This document shows, in pieces, positions 62,081 through 64,000 of a stretch of 64,000 nucleotides of DNA. The notes below the pieces were generated by a model. It saw nothing but the letters and a program-made list of their open reading frames with translations. It was not told the DNA's origin and made no database searches. Both the position numbers and the translations under genes were made by a program. Numbering within the stretch: the first letter of the stretch is position 1; each line of letters begins with the position of its first letter. Origin of the DNA: Chitinispirillaceae bacterium (GTDB lineage Bacteria > Fibrobacterota > Chitinivibrionia > Chitinivibrionales > Chitinispirillaceae); NCBI GenBank assembly GCA_016929415.1, contig JAFGIW010000099.1, positions 953 to 64,952 on the forward strand. The letters are read 5' to 3'.

Positions 62081-63298
62081 CTATTCGATCTTGTTGAGGT
62101 CCTTAAGTTTCCGGATCACCAGCAGCGCGTCGGGGCCGCTTACCGGATTGTCGAGGCCGAACTCGCCGTTCATGGCAGCGTCCATGACCCCCTTGTCCAC
62201 GGCATTGCACACGGCGTTGTAGGCCGGGTGCGACGGGTTGACGTCGGGAAAACGGCTTTCGGTGCCGATATGTTTGGTGGCGAGGGTTTTATCGCCAGTG
62301 ATGGCGATGAGGACGTCTTCGACCATGAGCGCATACTCGCCACGGTTGACAAGCTGGTCGGGATGAAAGGTATGGTCGGGATAGGGTTCAAGCCCGCGTA
62401 TGCCGCGCTCGACAACGTCCATGATGAAATTTTTGGCCCAGTGGCCGTCGATATCGGTCACCGCGGCCATTGAGACGATACTGTCCGCTTTCATTTCGCG
62501 CGAATCGTCGGGCGCCTGAAACTCGGTATTGTAGTTTTTCGGCGCTTTTTTATCGATAAGTTTATCGATTTGCAGCTCCGAAACGAAGAGCGCCGCGATG
62601 TCGGCTCTGCCGATTTTTTCAACAAGGGCTATTTTCTTGCCCACATCAGTACCGGGAGCGGCCCGTTCGATCTTCTGTACGATCTCCCACTGTTCATTCG
62701 CCTGGGTCGTGAATTCCTTTTTCAGGTCGAGCACTTTTCTGAAATCATCGGCTGCTTTCGAGAATTCGTAAGCTTTTTTATAACAATACCCGCGGCGATA
62801 GAGCGCTTCGGAATTTTCGGGATCGATTTTAAGGGCTTTATTGTACTCCTTCTCGACATCGTCCAGCCAGGTTTTCGTATCCTTGCCTTCATTCTTGATG
62901 GTAATGACGATCGCCTTGGCAATAAACACATCGGGGTTTTTACTGTCGAGACTCTGCGCCTTGTCGGCAAGTTTGAGCGCCTCTTTGAAACCTTTCTCGG
63001 CGGTTTCGACATCGGCGGCGCTTTTAGCCGCCTGCGCGGTGGTCATGGCGAGTCCGGCGTAGGCGGGAGCATACTTCAAATCGAGCGTCTGGGCGAGTTT
63101 GAACTCCTCCTCGGCCTGCGCGTACTTGCCGTCGTCCCAGTACTTCATGCCCTGTTTATAATGGGTAGGCGGATCGTCCATCTGCCCGCCCGCCTTGCGC
63201 GCCTTGGGGGCGCATCCTGCAATAAGCAGTGCGGCGCACACCGCACCGGTGATCAGGTGTAGATATCGGCTGTTCTGCATAGTTCTGCTCCTTAACAT
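62081..63298 (-). CDS. Lipoprotein with TPR repeats and a C-terminal SLH-like domain
   Basis: Lipobox LLIAGC. TPR-like repeats: GMKYWDDGKYAQAEEEFKLAQTLD, ALKIDPENSEALYRRGYCY. SLH-like: DIDGHWAKNFIMDVVERGIRGLEPYPDHTFHPDQLVNRGEYALMV. The start may be the internal ATG at 63280. Confidence 0.6.
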   Translation of the reverse strand: MLRSRTMQNSRYLHLITGAVCAALLIAGCAPKARKAGGQMDDPPTHYKQGMKYWDDGKYAQAEEEFKLAQTLDLKYAPAYAGLAMTTAQAAKSAADVETAEKGFKEALKLADKAQSLDSKNPDVFIAKAIVITIKNEGKDTKTWLDDVEKEYNKALKIDPENSEALYRRGYCYKKAYEFSKAADDFRKVLDLKKEFTTQANEQWEIVQKIERAAPGTDVGKKIALVEKIGRADIAALFVSELQIDKLIDKKAPKNYNTEFQAPDDSREMKADSIVSMAAVTDIDGHWAKNFIMDVVERGIRGLEPYPDHTFHPDQLVNRGEYALMVEDVLIAITGDKTLATKHIGTESRFPDVNPSHPAYNAVCNAVDKGVMDAAMNGEFGLDNPVSGPDALLVIRKLKDLNKIE

Positions 63299-63302
63299 GG
63301 GG

Positions 63303-64000
63303 TTAATCGACCACGAAAATAACGCGGCATTCCGAGAGAAATTTCAGGTTTTTGGCCGCGCTGCGGATATCGGCGGCATCGTCATTATTGATCACGACAT
63401 CGGTTGCGTTGTCGCCATGGGCCTTCTGACCTTTGACCTGGCCTGGATTCTTTCCGAGGCGATCGACAAGTTTCGCGGCGGCCTCGACCTCTTTCGCATA
63501 ACCGACCACGCCGTATTTGATGGCCCACTCGCGTGCAACGTAGGCGCTGCCGTAGACCTCACGCCCCGACTCATCGAGTACGCGCGGGGAGAGCGCCGGC
63601 TTGATCGAAAGACCCTTGCAATTGATGATGAGACCGGTGAATATATGCTCGGTTTTCGCTTTTTTGCCCTCGAATTTGGAGATCGCCGGCTGATCGGTTA
63701 TGCTCGTTCCCAGAAGCATTTCACCAAGACCGCCGACACCGTCGAGAGGAACCTTCATACTGATTTCAACCGATCCGTCGCTCATATATTTTTCGCGGCC
63801 CTCCTGTTCGAATCCTTTGAGGTAGCCGCTGACACTGGAGGAAACCACGTCATTCGCGACCATGAAATTCTGAACAGTGGTACTTGAATTGAGAAAAATT
63901 CCCTTGATGGTTTCGAGCGCGTTACGCAATGCGATTTGTTGTGCCGCCCTTAAGGCGGCCGGACGCTGGGCAGCTTCGGGCAGGTCCGGATTGGGTGCGC
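63303..64000 (-). CDS. LPP20-family lipoprotein-like protein; 5' end beyond window
   Basis: The frame stays open upstream of the track start (a TTG at 63929) to nt 64000: ..APNPDLPEAAQRPAALRAAQQIALRNALETIKGIFLNSSTTVQNFMV.., which fits the LPP20 pattern. The C-terminal half is unassigned. Confidence 0.5.
   Translation of the reverse strand, partial: APNPDLPEAAQRPAALRAAQQIALRNALETIKGIFLNSSTTVQNFMVANDVVSSSVSGYLKGFEQEGREKYMSDGSVEISMKVPLDGVGGLGEMLLGTSITDQPAISKFEGKKAKTEHIFTGLIINCKGLSIKPALSPRVLDESGREVYGSAYVAREWAIKYGVVGYAKEVEAAAKLVDRLGKNPGQVKGQKAHGDNATDVVINNDDAADIRSAAKNLKFLSECRVIFVVD

Noticed and set aside
1-64000. Mobile elements, prophage, CRISPR arrays, tRNA/rRNA and classical defence systems
   Set aside because: No transposase, integrase, Cas or restriction-type motifs were seen, nor spaced direct repeats or tRNA-like sequences. 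The UvrD-type helicase has the full housekeeping SF1 motif set and no nuclease partner.

Overview
Densely coding, GC-rich chromosomal window from a diderm (outer-membrane-bearing) bacterium. I saw no rRNA, tRNA, CRISPR array, transposase, integrase or phage genes. All functional calls come from motif recognition by eye in the supplied or self-made translations; no database search was run.

Layout, left to right:
(1) 1-6.7 kb: argA (partial), an NTT/TLC-like transporter fused to HEAT repeats, a UvrD/PcrA-type helicase, an orphan receiver and an XRE regulator.
(2) 7.0-16.1 kb, all minus strand: a sensor kinase and a sigma54-dependent NtrC-type regulator, then a near-consensus sigma54 promoter. 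Downstream of it lie a small duplicated-Cys protein, glutamate dehydrogenase, a ~1070-aa sensor / PEP-utilising ATP-grasp / nucleotidyltransferase fusion, and a GAF-ANTAR regulator.
(3) 16.2-17.7 kb: DUF1846/UPF0371.
(4) 17.9-33.4 kb: exopolysaccharide / O-antigen-like locus. It holds GT9, STAS, a Wzy/O-antigen-ligase-like protein, two Wzc-like proteins, Wza, an HD-domain protein, WecA-like, PIG-L, GT2, GT1, a MinD-like ATPase and a zinc-ribbon protein.
(5) 34.0-56.4 kb: the most unusual part. Two convergent, pairwise-paralogous gene sets combine TonB-dependent receptors and orphan periplasmic binding proteins with a sensor-fused CheA-like kinase. They also carry CheY-like receivers, three CheX-like proteins, two HDOD proteins, an input-less histidine kinase and a FapA/DUF342 protein. 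No MCP, CheW, CheB or CheR is present in the window.
(6) 57-64 kb: envelope proteins, a metallopeptidase/Ig-like gene disrupted by a homopolymer frameshift plus an in-frame TGA, tpx, a TPR-SLH lipoprotein and an LPP20-like lipoprotein (partial).
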